This document shows positions 1 through 10,349 of a stretch of 64,000 nt of DNA, one piece after another. The position numbers and the translations under genes are program-made. The stretch comes from a bacterium (GTDB lineage Bacteria; UBA8248): NCBI GenBank assembly GCA_965204535.1, contig CBDBEV010000001.1, positions 512,001 through 576,000 on the forward strand, in the 5' to 3' direction. How positions within the stretch are numbered: the first letter of the stretch is position 1; each line of letters begins with the position of its first letter. Under the pieces are notes generated by a model. The model ran no database searches. It was not told where the DNA came from and saw only the letters and a program-made list of their open reading frames with translations.

Positions 1-82
1 CGAGCGAGACGCCGTGCAGGATTTGCTTCTTGCCGTAGCCGGAGACGATTCCCTCGACTTTGAGCAGCGTATCCCCGGCCAT
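1..82 (-). CDS. livF: Branched-chain amino acid-type ABC ATP-binding subunit (LivF-like), 5' part only
   Basis: The ATG at 82 reads MAGDTLLKVEGIVSGYGKKQILHGVSL, a typical LivF N-terminus. It follows the livG-like gene and runs off the window. Confidence 0.8.
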   Translation of the reverse strand, partial: MAGDTLLKVEGIVSGYGKKQILHGVSL

Positions 83-85
83 GGC

Positions 86-793
86 TCAAGCCCCGAAATA
101 AGCGGTGAGTACCGCCTCGTTCCGCCGGACCTCGTCCGGCGATCCTTCGGCGATCTTCTCACCCATGCTCAGAACGACGACGCGTTCGCAGTTGTTCATG
201 ATCACGTCCATGTTGTGTTCGATGATCAGAAAGGTCCTGCCTTCCTCATTCAGATGATGGATCAGTTCCAGCAATTTCTTCTGCATCATGGGACTGACGC
301 CGGCGGCCGGCTCGTCGAGCAGAATCAGCCCCGGATCGAGCATCAGGACCTGGATGATGGAGAGGAGGCGCTGCTGGCCGAAGGAGAGGTCGCTCGCGTA
401 TTCGTCCTGTAAGTCGGACAGGCCGACGAACTCGAGAAGTTCATGGGCCCTGTCGCTCGCGGTGGTGTTTCGCGTCGGCAGGGTGGCGTTCTCCAGCAGG
501 GTCATCTTGGGGAAGATGCGCGTCACCTGGAAGGTGCGGCCGATTCCCTTTCGGGCGATCTGGTAGGGCGGCAGACCCGTCACGTTCTCTCCGCGATAGA
601 GAATGCGCCCGCCGTCCAGCGGCAGATATCCCACGATGGTATTGAACAGGGTCGTTTTGCCGGAGCCGTTGGGGCCGATCAGGCCGACGATCTCGCCCTC
701 TCCGACGGAAAAGCCGCACCCGGCGAGCGCATGGACGCCCCCGAAGCTTTTCCGGACGTCGTGGATCTCGAGGATCGGACTATCGGCGGTCAT
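86..793 (-). CDS. livG: ABC transporter ATP-binding protein (LivG-like)
   Basis: Walker A GPNGSGKT, GIGRTFQ, signature LSFGQQR, Walker B LLDEPAAG, C-terminal V..AYFG. Confidence 0.93.
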   Translation of the reverse strand: MTADSPILEIHDVRKSFGGVHALAGCGFSVGEGEIVGLIGPNGSGKTTLFNTIVGYLPLDGGRILYRGENVTGLPPYQIARKGIGRTFQVTRIFPKMTLLENATLPTRNTTASDRAHELLEFVGLSDLQDEYASDLSFGQQRLLSIIQVLMLDPGLILLDEPAAGVSPMMQKKLLELIHHLNEEGRTFLIIEHNMDVIMNNCERVVVLSMGEKIAEGSPDEVRRNEAVLTAYFGA

Positions 794-854
794 GCTCTTC
801 CCCCCGGGTAGCTCGAACAGTGTCCCGTGGTGCTACGGGTTTTCGCCTCCATCG

Positions 855-1826
855 TCAGATCCACCTCGTTTTCGGCAGGATCCCCATCTCCTTGAGGCGG
901 ACCAGGATGCCGTCGGGCATCCAGATAACCAGGCAGACCATAACGAAACCGAAGATGGTGATGTTGGCCTGTCCGAGGTGCAGCCAGACATAGTCGCTGA
1001 TGAGCTGAAGCGTGAAGGCGCCGATCACCGCACCGAGGACGGTCCCCAGCCCACCGAACATGGCCATTACGATGGACAGCATGGTGTACTTGATATCGAA
1101 AGCCGCGAACGGTTCGATGTAGTGCAGAAAGGTGGCATGGATGCCGCCCGCCGTTCCGGCGAAAAAGGCGCTGCCGACGAACACGCTGACCTTCACGGCG
1201 GTGGTATTGACCGCGAGACCGCTCGCCGCGGCCTCGTCTTCGCGAACGGCGATCAGCGACAGGCCGAAGTACGAGCGGGCGAAGAACATGGTCGCCAGCA
1301 CGATGCAGACCGCGAGCGCGAAGATGGCGTAGTACTTCTGGTTCAGGTTTCCCGCGAGGACGGGCATGCCGGCGCCGCCGCGCGTGAGCGGCGTCAGGTA
1401 CTTGGTGGATATGAGCACCCGGGCGCCCTCGGCCAGCGCCAGCATGGAGATCGCGAAATAGGCCCCGCGAATGCGCAGCAGCGGATAGCCTATCACCGCC
1501 GCGACGAGGGCGGAGACGAGCCCGCCCGTCAGGTAGCCCGGGATCAGTCCCATCTTGAAGTCGACGAAGCCGATGACCGAGGCGTACATGCCGAGCCCGA
1601 CGAACAGGACGAAGCCGAAATTGATATAGCCGGAAAAGCCGGAGAAGAAGTTCCAGGCGCCGGCGAGGCAGGTGTAGTAGAGGATCAGGAACAGCAGGGA
1701 GATCGCCGCCGGGTCCAAAAAGAGCGGCGCGGTAGCCACGAGGACCGCGTAGGCTGTCAGACCCACGGCGCCGACGATAGGAATCGCGCGTCTCCAGGTC
1801 ATGGCCGGATCAATCCTCCACGCCAT
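855..1826 (-). CDS. livM: Branched-chain amino acid ABC permease (LivM-like)
   Basis: Multi-TM protein with GYINFG, LRIRGAYFAI, AVREDEAAA and GGLGT motifs. The start could be at 1802. Confidence 0.9.
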   Translation of the reverse strand: MAWRIDPAMTWRRAIPIVGAVGLTAYAVLVATAPLFLDPAAISLLFLILYYTCLAGAWNFFSGFSGYINFGFVLFVGLGMYASVIGFVDFKMGLIPGYLTGGLVSALVAAVIGYPLLRIRGAYFAISMLALAEGARVLISTKYLTPLTRGGAGMPVLAGNLNQKYYAIFALAVCIVLATMFFARSYFGLSLIAVREDEAAASGLAVNTTAVKVSVFVGSAFFAGTAGGIHATFLHYIEPFAAFDIKYTMLSIVMAMFGGLGTVLGAVIGAFTLQLISDYVWLHLGQANITIFGFVMVCLVIWMPDGILVRLKEMGILPKTRWI

Positions 1827-2685
1827 AGCCGAGCAACCCCCGCCGCCGGATGGCCAGAATCAGCACGATGATCAGGTAGGGCAGCACCTGCGCCATGCGC
1901 GTCGTCAGGAAATAGGTGCCGACGCTCTCGACGATGCCGAAGATATAGGCCCCCAGAAATGCGCCGGGCAGACTCCCGAGGCCGCCGATGACGACGATGG
2001 CGAAGGCCTTGGCCACGTAGATCAACCCCATTTGCGGATAAATCGTCCACACCATCGCCACCATGGTCCCGCAGGCGCCCGCGAGCGCGATGCCGAGGCT
2101 GAAGGTCACCGTCATGACTTGTTTGACGTTGATGCCGCAGGCTTGCGCCAGACTCCGGTTCTGCGCGGTGGCTCGGATGGCCTCGCCGTATGCCGTGAAC
2201 CGGAGGAGGGCGAAGAAAGCGGCGAGCAGAAGCAGCGCCAGCACGAAGGCGACGAGATATATCTTGCTCGTGGTGAGGAACCCGACCGTGATCGGCTCGC
2301 CCAGATAGTCAACCGAGCGAAAGGTCGGCGTGAAGACCACCTCCGCCGTGTTCCAGAGGATCATGGAGATCCCGAAGGTCAGCATCATCGGCGGCATCAG
2401 CCCGCGGACGGCGACGACGTTGATCAGGAAATGCCCCAGTCCGAAGCCGATGGCGAAGAGCACCGCTATGGTGAGGGGCAGCGCCAGCAGCGGATTCATG
2501 CCGAGGAAAGCCCAGGCGCCGAAGGTGGTGAAGGCTCCGAGCATCACGAATTCGCCGTGGGCCGCGTTGACGACCCCGCAGACGCCGAAGATCAGGCTCA
2601 GACCGATGGCCACCAGCGCGTACATCGTCCCCAGGATGATCCCGAACGCGATCAGCTCGCCGAGGGCGCCGAGGGTTTCGAACAT
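1810..2685 (-). CDS. livH: Branched-chain amino acid ABC permease (LivH-like)
   Basis: YALVAIGLSLIFGVCGVVNAAHGE, G.AIRATAQN and GGLGS motifs. Start placed at MFETLG (2685) rather than the longest ORF start at 2754. Confidence 0.9.
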   Translation of the reverse strand: MFETLGALGELIAFGIILGTMYALVAIGLSLIFGVCGVVNAAHGEFVMLGAFTTFGAWAFLGMNPLLALPLTIAVLFAIGFGLGHFLINVVAVRGLMPPMMLTFGISMILWNTAEVVFTPTFRSVDYLGEPITVGFLTTSKIYLVAFVLALLLLAAFFALLRFTAYGEAIRATAQNRSLAQACGINVKQVMTVTFSLGIALAGACGTMVAMVWTIYPQMGLIYVAKAFAIVVIGGLGSLPGAFLGAYIFGIVESVGTYFLTTRMAQVLPYLIIVLILAIRRRGLLGYGVED

Positions 2686-2803
2686 GCCGGGTTTCCCTAA
2701 CGAAGGGTGGTTGGCCGAAGCCGGCGACCCGGTGCAGCCGCCGGGAGCCCGCATCGTGGCGGACTCCCGGCGGTATGCAACGGTTCCGACGGGGCGCTTT
2801 CGC

Positions 2804-4090
2804 TTACATGGCTTCCCACTTGAAGGGGTGCACGAACTTGGCGGAGGCGATCTTGCTCGGGTAGATCACCTCGGGCACCACCTTGCCGTTCTTGATCTGG
2901 TTCTGCAAAGCGAGTCGCGTGCCGCCGACCTGCAGCCCGGAGTCGGGATGACCCAACGGGTTCACCCGGAAGCGTCCGAACACGGTGGCGCGGTCGAGCG
3001 AGAACATGGCGTCGCGGATAGCCGAGCGATTCTCCACCGAGCCGGCCTGTTTGACCGCCTCCTCGAGAATCTGGCAGCCGCCGTATCCGGCCGCCGCGAG
3101 CCAGTCGGGCGCCTTGTTGTACTCCTTGGCAAAGGCGTCGACGAACTTCTTGTTGCCGGGCCAGTCGGCCGTCGGGAGCCATTCGGTGTCGCTGCAATGC
3201 CAGGCCGCGTTCTTCCCGAGCGCCTGATTGAAGTCCACGTGGCCGAGAGCGGACATGTACCAGATCGCCTTGGGCGCCCATTTCAACGACAGGGCGGCCT
3301 TGGCAATCAGGATGGAGTCGGCCGAGTAGCCGCCCCCGCAGAGCACCTCGGCGCCGGCGTCCCGGGCCTTGCGGACCAGCGGCACCATGTCCTGAATCCC
3401 GATGGGATAGGCTTCGTCGAGGACGAGGTCGAGGCCCGCGTCCAGTATCCGCTTCCGCACGCCCTCCGCCGCGGCGATAGGCATCGCGTCGTCGATGTGC
3501 AGCAGGGCGACCTTCTTCATCCCGGCGTTCTTGCACATCACTTCCATGCCGGCGAAGCGGTCGCGGCTCGGTACCATGAGCTGCACCTGCCAGTTAAGCT
3601 TCTGGCCCAGCCATATCTTCTGGCTGGAGGCGGTGGCGCTGACGGTGGGAATCTTCGCCGCGGCGACGATGGGCCGCACCGCCAGGTTGATGGAGCTGGC
3701 GTAGGGGCCGAGCAGCAGGTCGACCTTCTGGTTGTGGATGAGATGAAGCATGAGCCGCGCGCCCTGGGTGGGGTCGCTCGTATCGTCGAGAACGGTCAGT
3801 TCGACCTTGCGCCCGTTGATGAGCCCGGGCTCGCTGTGCGGAAGCTTCTCGTTGCCGTAGCTGTAGCCCTTCTCGTTGATGTGCTTGGCCCAAAGCTTGT
3901 AGCCTTCGACGCAGTAGAGCGCCTCGCGGGAATACCGCCCGGTGAGCGGCATCGGGCAGCCGATCTTGATGGGCTTCGCGGCGCGGGCCGACGTCAGGAT
4001 TCCCGGTGCCGCCAAGGAACCGAGGCCGGCCAAAGAACCAGCGGTCGAATACTTCAGGAACTCGCGTCTCGTGATCGTGCTCTTGGACAT
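2804..4090 (-). CDS. ABC substrate-binding protein (LivK/Leu-Ile-Val-binding family), Tat-exported
   Basis: Twin-arginine signal TRREFLK, KPIKIGCPMPLTG, DDTSDP, LLGPYAS. RBS GGAGG upstream. Confidence 0.9.
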   Translation of the reverse strand: MSKSTITRREFLKYSTAGSLAGLGSLAAPGILTSARAAKPIKIGCPMPLTGRYSREALYCVEGYKLWAKHINEKGYSYGNEKLPHSEPGLINGRKVELTVLDDTSDPTQGARLMLHLIHNQKVDLLLGPYASSINLAVRPIVAAAKIPTVSATASSQKIWLGQKLNWQVQLMVPSRDRFAGMEVMCKNAGMKKVALLHIDDAMPIAAAEGVRKRILDAGLDLVLDEAYPIGIQDMVPLVRKARDAGAEVLCGGGYSADSILIAKAALSLKWAPKAIWYMSALGHVDFNQALGKNAAWHCSDTEWLPTADWPGNKKFVDAFAKEYNKAPDWLAAAGYGGCQILEEAVKQAGSVENRSAIRDAMFSLDRATVFGRFRVNPLGHPDSGLQVGGTRLALQNQIKNGKVVPEVIYPSKIASAKFVHPFKWEAM

Positions 4091-4313
4091 TTCCGTTCCT
4101 CCCTGATGGGTGCGATTGGACCGTTACGCTCTGCGGGACATCACCGATGGACGTTCGAACGGGCAACATCTCACGCCGCAATTCAAACGCCGGGCGGTTC
4201 GTTACGCCCCGCACGATGGATTAAAAAGCCGATATGGATACCTCATGCTACCACCGGGACCCCGCCGAAGCAAACGAAAGCGCGGAGGGGTTGTTGAAAA
4301 AGCCCCCTGAAAA

Positions 4314-4608
4314 GGGGCTGTTGAAAAACCCCTATCCGCCTCATCCTGAGTAGCGGCCCCTCGACTTCGCTCGGGACAGGCTCCGCCGTTCCCCGACACC
4401 CCTCATCCTGAGTAGGCGCGTAAGCGCCGTATCGAAGGTCAAACGCGATTGATGAATGAGCGTTTGCTCTCGTTCCCGCGCGAGTTCCTCGCCCTTCGAT
4501 ACAAACGCTCCTTTCTCAGTCGCGTTTTACCTTCGGCGGCTACTCAGGGTGAGGAAAGAGGCGTTGGCGGTTTGCAGGGGTCGCAGACGAGGCTTTTTCA
4601 ACAGCCCC
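4314..4608. repeat. MITE-like element with 15-bp terminal inverted repeats and internal palindromic repeats
   Basis: GGGGCTGTTGAAAAA (4314-4328) pairs with TTTTTCAACAGCCCC (4594-4608). Inside are two CTCATCCTGAGTAG copies and an inverted CTACTCAGGGTGAG. An extra left-end copy sits at ~4287. Confidence 0.75.
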
Positions 4609-4811
4609 GGCGCATACGAAATTTCCAATCTTGCGCTTCATTGGCGAATTAGGTAACATTTTTCCATATCTTTTCTTCTTTATACCTGAAACAAATTCGA
4701 ATATCTGAGAGCGGAGTTACGCGTCCGCGTTCAGCACGTCTCCGTATGGGGGTGAGTGCATATTCGTGGATTTTCACTCACTAAAACGTAGTCAATAGGA
4801 GGACTTGCGAT

Positions 4812-5852
4812 ATGAGGTGCGCGTGGAAACGAATCAATATCATCATGCTCGTTGCGGTTGTGGCGGTCTGGGCCTTTGGCGCAGGCGTATCGGAAGCGGC
4901 CAAGCACAAACTCGTCGTGGGATCGGGCGGCGGCAACATCGGGGCACCCATCCACGTCGCCAAGGTGAAGGGGTACTTCACGCAAGAAGACCTTGCGATC
5001 GAACACAAGATATTCTCCTCCGGCGCGGCCATGGTCGAGGCGCTCGCGGCGGGCGGCGTCGAGTTGGGCCACTCGGGGGATCTGCCGTTTGTCTCGCTGG
5101 CTGCCGCCAACGTGCCCGCATGCATCATCGCCCAGAACGGGCAGGACAAGGATTATCTCGAGATTTTCGTCGGCAAGGACCTGGGCATGACGAAACCCAC
5201 CGACTTCTACGGGAAAAAGGTCGGGTTGCGGTTTGCATCCGCGGCCCACATTCTGTGGATCAACTTTCTTCAAAAATACAACCTGGACGCCAAAAAGATC
5301 CGGGTGGTGAACCTGACGCCGAACGATCTCATCGCCGCCTACAAGAACAAGGACGTGGACGGCGGGGTGGTCTGGTATCCGCATCTGACGACCGCGGAGC
5401 AGGTCCGCCCGACGCATTTTGCGCATTCCCAGTTGCTCAACAAGTTCGGCAAAATGGCGAAGCCCGCCAACATCCACCTTTCCTTCACCCTCATCAGCGC
5501 GCGGAAAGCGGCGCTTAAGAACAAGCCGGACGCCATGAAGGCGTATATGCGGGCGATGCTGAAGTCCTACCGGTTCATGAACGATTCGGGAAATCGCGCA
5601 GAGTTTCTGAAAATCCTGGGCAAGGCATACAAAATGTCCGCTCCCGCGATGAAACCCATTCTTGACAACACTTTCTACAGGCTTGAGATTACGGATGAAA
5701 TGGTGAACGCCGAACAAGCGGTGGCCAATAATATGAAACGGGTCGGCAGGAAGCTCAAAAGAACGCCGAACATAAGAGAATTCGTCTATACGGATCTCCT
5801 GAAGTCGGTCGCGAAGGATCTGGCGAAGACCGAAGGGGCCTGCAAGCTTTAG
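4812..5852 (+). CDS. ABC substrate-binding protein (SsuA/TauA/NMT1 family)
   Basis: Signal peptide, AKVKGYF..EDL, FSSGAAMVEAL, GKKVG, VVWYP. AGGAGG RBS. Confidence 0.88.
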   Translation: MRCAWKRINIIMLVAVVAVWAFGAGVSEAAKHKLVVGSGGGNIGAPIHVAKVKGYFTQEDLAIEHKIFSSGAAMVEALAAGGVELGHSGDLPFVSLAAANVPACIIAQNGQDKDYLEIFVGKDLGMTKPTDFYGKKVGLRFASAAHILWINFLQKYNLDAKKIRVVNLTPNDLIAAYKNKDVDGGVVWYPHLTTAEQVRPTHFAHSQLLNKFGKMAKPANIHLSFTLISARKAALKNKPDAMKAYMRAMLKSYRFMNDSGNRAEFLKILGKAYKMSAPAMKPILDNTFYRLEITDEMVNAEQAVANNMKRVGRKLKRTPNIREFVYTDLLKSVAKDLAKTEGACKL

Positions 5853-5904
5853 GGGGACAGTCTCACTTTACCGGTTTGGGGTGTCTGTATCGTGAACTTC
5901 CGAT

Positions 5905-6717
5905 ATGACGGTTAATCTGCAGGTACATCGGGTCTCGAAAGAATTCGTCGACCGGCGCGCCAGGTCTACGGTGCGGGCGCTGGATGAAATAAACCTCGAG
6001 GTCGAAAAAGGCGAAGTCATCTGCATCCTCGGTCCCAGCGGATGCGGAAAATCCACCCTACTGAACATCATCGCGGGATTCCTCCCCCCCTCGGGGGGGG
6101 AGGTTCGCGTCGACGGGCACCCGGTCATCGAGCCGGGACCCGACCGGGGTTTCGTCTTCCAGGAATTCGCCCTTTTCCCCTGGCGGACGGTGCTCGAAAA
6201 TATCGAATTCGGTCCTGTCCTGAAGGGGATGGAAAAAACCGGCCGCCACACCCGCGCGCGGGAGCTCATCCAGCGCATCCACCTTACGGGATTCGAGGAC
6301 AAATACCCCTTCGAGCTTTCGGGCGGAATGAAGCAGCGCGTCGGGATCGCCCGGGCGCTGGCGAACGACCCCGAGGTGCTGCTGATGGACGAGCCTTTTG
6401 GGGCATTGGACGCCCAGACGCGCCGGGTGATGCAGGAAGAGCTCCTGAAGCTTCTCGGTGAAACGAAGAAAACCGTCCTCTTCGTGACCCACGCCATCGA
6501 CGAGGCCATCGTTCTGGCCGACCGGGTGTTGATCATGACGGCCCGACCGGGCCAGGTGAAGGCCCTTCTCGGCGTCGACCTCCCCCGTCCCCGGGAGAGG
6601 ACTTCTCCTGAATTCAACGAACTGTACCGGACGATGGACGACCTCATCCGGGTCGAGGTGGAGAAGGCGTCGGAAGTGCAGGATTCGGATTCCGCGGCTC
6701 CGGGAGAGGGCGCATGA
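5905..6717 (+). CDS. ABC ATP-binding protein (SsuB/TauB family)
   Basis: GPSGCGKST, FQEFALFPW, LSGGMKQR, LMDEPFGALD. Confidence 0.93.
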   Translation: MTVNLQVHRVSKEFVDRRARSTVRALDEINLEVEKGEVICILGPSGCGKSTLLNIIAGFLPPSGGEVRVDGHPVIEPGPDRGFVFQEFALFPWRTVLENIEFGPVLKGMEKTGRHTRARELIQRIHLTGFEDKYPFELSGGMKQRVGIARALANDPEVLLMDEPFGALDAQTRRVMQEELLKLLGETKKTVLFVTHAIDEAIVLADRVLIMTARPGQVKALLGVDLPRPRERTSPEFNELYRTMDDLIRVEVEKASEVQDSDSAAPGEGA

Positions 6718-7484
6718 ACAGAAGAATGGCAACGCGCGCCGCCTCTATCGGCGGATTGGTTATCCTCTGGTTCGTGGTTACGCATTACAAGCTGGTCAAT
6801 CCGCTCTTCTTGCCGCCACCCAGGGAAGTCTGGGAAGGAGCGGTCGATCTTATTCAGGCGGGTGAGTTGCGGGAACACATTGCCGCCAGCCTATGGCGGA
6901 TGTTCATGGGTTTCGTCGTCGGCTCCTTTACCGGCGTCGTCATCGGAATTCTGATGGGCCAGTTCCGGTTCTTCCACGCGGCCGTGGGGCCATTGGTCGA
7001 AATCATCCGGCCCATTCCCGGCCTGGCCTGGATCCCGGTGGCCCTTATCTGGTTCGGTATCGAAGACGCCTCCAAGGTATTCATCATATCCATGGGCGTG
7101 TTCCTCGCCGTCGTCACCAATACCTTCGTGGGGGTCCGCTCGCTGGACCCCGTTCTGGTGCGCGCCGCGCGCAGTCTGGGAGCCAACCGCCGGGACGTTT
7201 TCTTCCGCGTGGTCCTCCCCGGAACCCTCCCTCACATCTTCACCGGTTTTCGGCTGGGCGTTCAGGTTTCCTTCGCCTTGCTGGTTGCGGCGGAGCTGGT
7301 GGGTTCCACGTCGGGCCTGGGATTCCTGATCCAGGACGCCCGGAATTATTTCCGTGGGGATTTGGTCATCCTGGGCATGGCCGTCATCGGCGCCCTGGGA
7401 TTCAGCATCACGCGCCTCGTGGAAATCACGGAGAGGTGGTTTCTCCGCTGGCATTCCACGAGCCGGGAAGGCGCTTTCTACTAG
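6714..7484 (+). CDS. ABC permease (SsuC/TauC family)
   Basis: RPIPGLAWIP, EAA-like VRAARSLGA, AAELVGSTSGLG. ATGA overlap with the ATPase gene. Confidence 0.92.
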   Translation: MNRRMATRAASIGGLVILWFVVTHYKLVNPLFLPPPREVWEGAVDLIQAGELREHIAASLWRMFMGFVVGSFTGVVIGILMGQFRFFHAAVGPLVEIIRPIPGLAWIPVALIWFGIEDASKVFIISMGVFLAVVTNTFVGVRSLDPVLVRAARSLGANRRDVFFRVVLPGTLPHIFTGFRLGVQVSFALLVAAELVGSTSGLGFLIQDARNYFRGDLVILGMAVIGALGFSITRLVEITERWFLRWHSTSREGAFY

Positions 7485-7492
7485 GAGAGACG

Positions 7493-8266
7493 GTGCAAAC
7501 GCAATCCGTGTCAGGCCGCTTTGGAATATCCGCCGTCTCGGTGGCGGGCTTCGTCGTCCTCTGGCAGCTCTCCGTCACCCTCGGGCTGGTGGACCCGCTC
7601 ATCCTGCCCTCCCCCTGGATGGCCATCCAGTCCGGGATCAGGCGCGCCGAGGGGGGTGAGCTTCTCCGCCACATCATCGCCTCGGTGCTTCGTATCACCG
7701 AGGGGTTCTTCCTGGGCTCCGCCCTGGGCGTCCTGCTCGGTTTGCTCATGGGTCAGGTCCGAATCATCGGCGATGCGCTCGAACCGATCGTGGACATATT
7801 CCGGCAAATTCCCGAGGTTGCGTGGATTCCCCTCGCCATCCTGATGTTCCAGATGGGGGAGGGTTCCAAGGTTTTCATCATCACCTACGGCGCGTTGTTT
7901 CCCGCCATCATCTGCACCTTCGACGGCGTCAGGATGACCGAGCCCGCCATCATCCGTGCGGCGCGCTCCTTGGGCGCGAGCCGGAGCCAGCTTTTCTGGC
8001 GGGTCACGCTGCCCGCCACCCTCCCCCACATCATGACCGGGCTTTGGATCGGACTCGGCTATGCTTTCCGCGGGCTCATCGCGGCCGAGTTGGCGGGGGC
8101 GCAGGAGGGAATCGGGTTCATGATCATGCTGGCGCGCGAAGACAACCTGACCGCGGACGCTTTCATGGGCATGGCGCTCATCGGGGTGATTGGCTTTTGC
8201 GCCATTTACGGCCTGGGCGCTGTCCGCAACCACGTTCTCCGCTGGCACGAGAGCACGCAGGAGTAA
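7493..8266 (+). CDS. Second ABC permease (SsuC/TauC family)
   Basis: GTG start after an AGGAG RBS. RQIPEVAWIP, IRAARSLGA, AAELAGAQEGIG. Confidence 0.9.
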   Translation: MQTQSVSGRFGISAVSVAGFVVLWQLSVTLGLVDPLILPSPWMAIQSGIRRAEGGELLRHIIASVLRITEGFFLGSALGVLLGLLMGQVRIIGDALEPIVDIFRQIPEVAWIPLAILMFQMGEGSKVFIITYGALFPAIICTFDGVRMTEPAIIRAARSLGASRSQLFWRVTLPATLPHIMTGLWIGLGYAFRGLIAAELAGAQEGIGFMIMLAREDNLTADAFMGMALIGVIGFCAIYGLGAVRNHVLRWHESTQE

Positions 8267-8546
8267 GGTTTTTCATTCGGCCCGTCCTCTCCTTCGGTTC
8301 GGACGCAGCGGCAAGACCCCGTCGGGCGTTAGTCCTCGCCAGTCATACTGGGGCGATACGCGCAGGGCCAACTCGTGAAACAGGGGGAGGTAGCGGAATC
8401 TCACAGACGTAGGAAATCCCCTGGTGTCTGAAAACGGGCGTAAGCTGAGGCCAAATTGAATCATGGGCCTGAATGATTCATTTGTCATACGAAAGTTGAA
8501 AAAAGGATTACGGGCTTCGACGCCAAACCAAAGCTTTTTCGCCCGA

Positions 8547-8580
8547 TTGACCTGCCATATTCTCAGTGTTACATTGAGAA
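8547..8580 (+). promoter_or_regulatory. Candidate sigma70 promoter overlapped by an imperfect palindromic operator
   Basis: TTGACC(8547)-N17-TACATT(8570). The palindrome TTCTCAgTGTtACAtTGAGAA (8560-8580) lies in the AT-rich spacer upstream of the TAXI cluster. Confidence 0.45.
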
Positions 8581-8903
8581 TTCTTTAATATCTTTATACT
8601 TTTGACCACGCCATGAACCATCCACCTGCGCTTTCCGAACCGCGAAAAAGGGGTTCTCGATGGACGCGAAACATGCGTGGTTTTTCCCGGCCGCTCGCGC
8701 CGGTGACGATCCCGAATCCAATGATAAAAAACCCCGAGCGCGAATCCGCCCCCGGATATCTTTCGGAGGGAAGAGTTTTCGATGCCCCGATGCCCCGCCG
8801 CTACTCCGGCGTATTGAATTGCGCATCCGGGAAGCCTGACAAAGACGCGGAAGGCGCCGATGCGCTTTCCTTTTCCAGAACCCAGAAACAGGGGAGGTTG
8901 GCT

Positions 8904-9941
8904 ATGTGGCGCAGCAGAAGCAGCAAGGAGGGTCTCGTTCAAAACCGAACCGTGAGAAGTTGCGGGTGGCTCCTGGTGCTGGCGATATTCGGCTTTGTCG
9001 CCGTTCTCTCGACCCCCGTATTCGCCATGGACAAGCAGCTTACCTTCATGTCGGGTGGTGCTAAGGGCTCCTGGTACCGCTACCTGACCGCGATGAGCGA
9101 ATGCATGCGGAAAAACAGCGACATCAAGGTCACCGTCGTCCCGACCTCGGGGGGGATGGAAGCGTTCCGCAAGCTCCAGGCGGGCAAGGCCGACGTGGGG
9201 TTCACCTTCCAGACCGTGGCCTTTCCGGCCTGGGCCGGCAAGGGAAGCTGGAAGGGAAAGAAGCTCCAGGAGTTGCGCGCGGTCGGGTTCGGGATTTCCT
9301 CATCGATATTCCATTTCGTGGTCCTGAAAAGCTCCGGCATCAAGAAACTGGCCGATTTGAGCGGAAAGAAGTTTTCGCCCTGCCCCATCGGCACCACCTG
9401 CTACGCGTCCGTCGGCTCCTTTCTCAAACACATTGGTCTCTACAACAAGATCAAGGTCAGCAACCTCTCCCACGGCGAGCAGGTCAGCTACCTGAAGGAC
9501 GGCAAGATCGACGGCTACGCCCTTCAGGGGGGTCTGCCGAACCCCTCGGTCACCGAGGCGGCCCTGACCCGGCCCGTCCGGCTGATCAGCGTCGATCAGG
9601 GGGTGGATTTCAGCGGTTTCCTGAAGGAATTTCCCGGCTTCGAGCCCACGACGATTCCGAAGGGGACCTACAAGGGCGTGGACTACGACGTGTCCACGAT
9701 GGGCCTGAGCGGTGTTCTGGTGGCGAACAAGAACACCTCGCCTGACTTGATTTACCAGATGACGAAGACGCTCTGGGGTAAGTCCTGCGTCGGTTACCTG
9801 ACCAAGAACAACCGCGGCCTGGCCGGCATGAAAAAAGCCAATCCGACCGAAGGGCTGGTGATTCCGGTTCACGCGGGCGCCGCCCGGTACTGGAAGGAAA
9901 GAGGGATCAAGAACATGGCGCCTGCAGAGGGCTCGATGTAA
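8904..9941 (+). CDS. TAXI-family TRAP transporter solute-binding protein
   Basis: SGGAKGSWY, TSGGMEA..LQAGKAD, LKDGKIDG, P.HAGAARYWKE. GGGAGG RBS before ATG 8904. Confidence 0.9.
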   Translation: MWRSRSSKEGLVQNRTVRSCGWLLVLAIFGFVAVLSTPVFAMDKQLTFMSGGAKGSWYRYLTAMSECMRKNSDIKVTVVPTSGGMEAFRKLQAGKADVGFTFQTVAFPAWAGKGSWKGKKLQELRAVGFGISSSIFHFVVLKSSGIKKLADLSGKKFSPCPIGTTCYASVGSFLKHIGLYNKIKVSNLSHGEQVSYLKDGKIDGYALQGGLPNPSVTEAALTRPVRLISVDQGVDFSGFLKEFPGFEPTTIPKGTYKGVDYDVSTMGLSGVLVANKNTSPDLIYQMTKTLWGKSCVGYLTKNNRGLAGMKKANPTEGLVIPVHAGAARYWKERGIKNMAPAEGSM

Positions 9942-10072
9942 TTCGGGCGGGTGATAATCGCGTTTATCTCCCCGGGACGCGGAACTCGGGGTTGTTGAAA
10001 AACCTTCTCGGTGAGGGAGATAAAAGAAAGCCTTCCTGGGAGGGCCTGTCACTACGAGGTGAGTCTTCGCTT

Positions 10073-10142
10073 GTAGGGGCCGCATATATGCGGCCCGTCG
10101 CTGGAGGGCGAAAAAACAGGGTCGCATATATGCGACCCCTAC
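10073..10142. repeat. GTAG-type REP doublet (REPIN-like)
   Basis: GTAGGGGCCGCATATATGCGGCCC followed by GGGTCGCATATATGCGACCCCTAC. A related copy is at 24028-24055. Confidence 0.7.
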
Positions 10143-10349
10143 ACCCTCTCGCATCATTCGAGACCAAACCGGAACGCCGTCATTCCGGCGCATGCCGGTG
10201 ACGCCCGATAGGTTGGCTAGGTGGACGCGAAACGTATCGTCAATTCCGACCCGCAAGACTTTTTCACCCCCTGGGGGGAAAGTCGGCGAAGGACTTGAAT
10301 CGGGGTTTCCCGATCTTCTGCGGGACCCAAGAGGGCGGAGCCGTGTGCG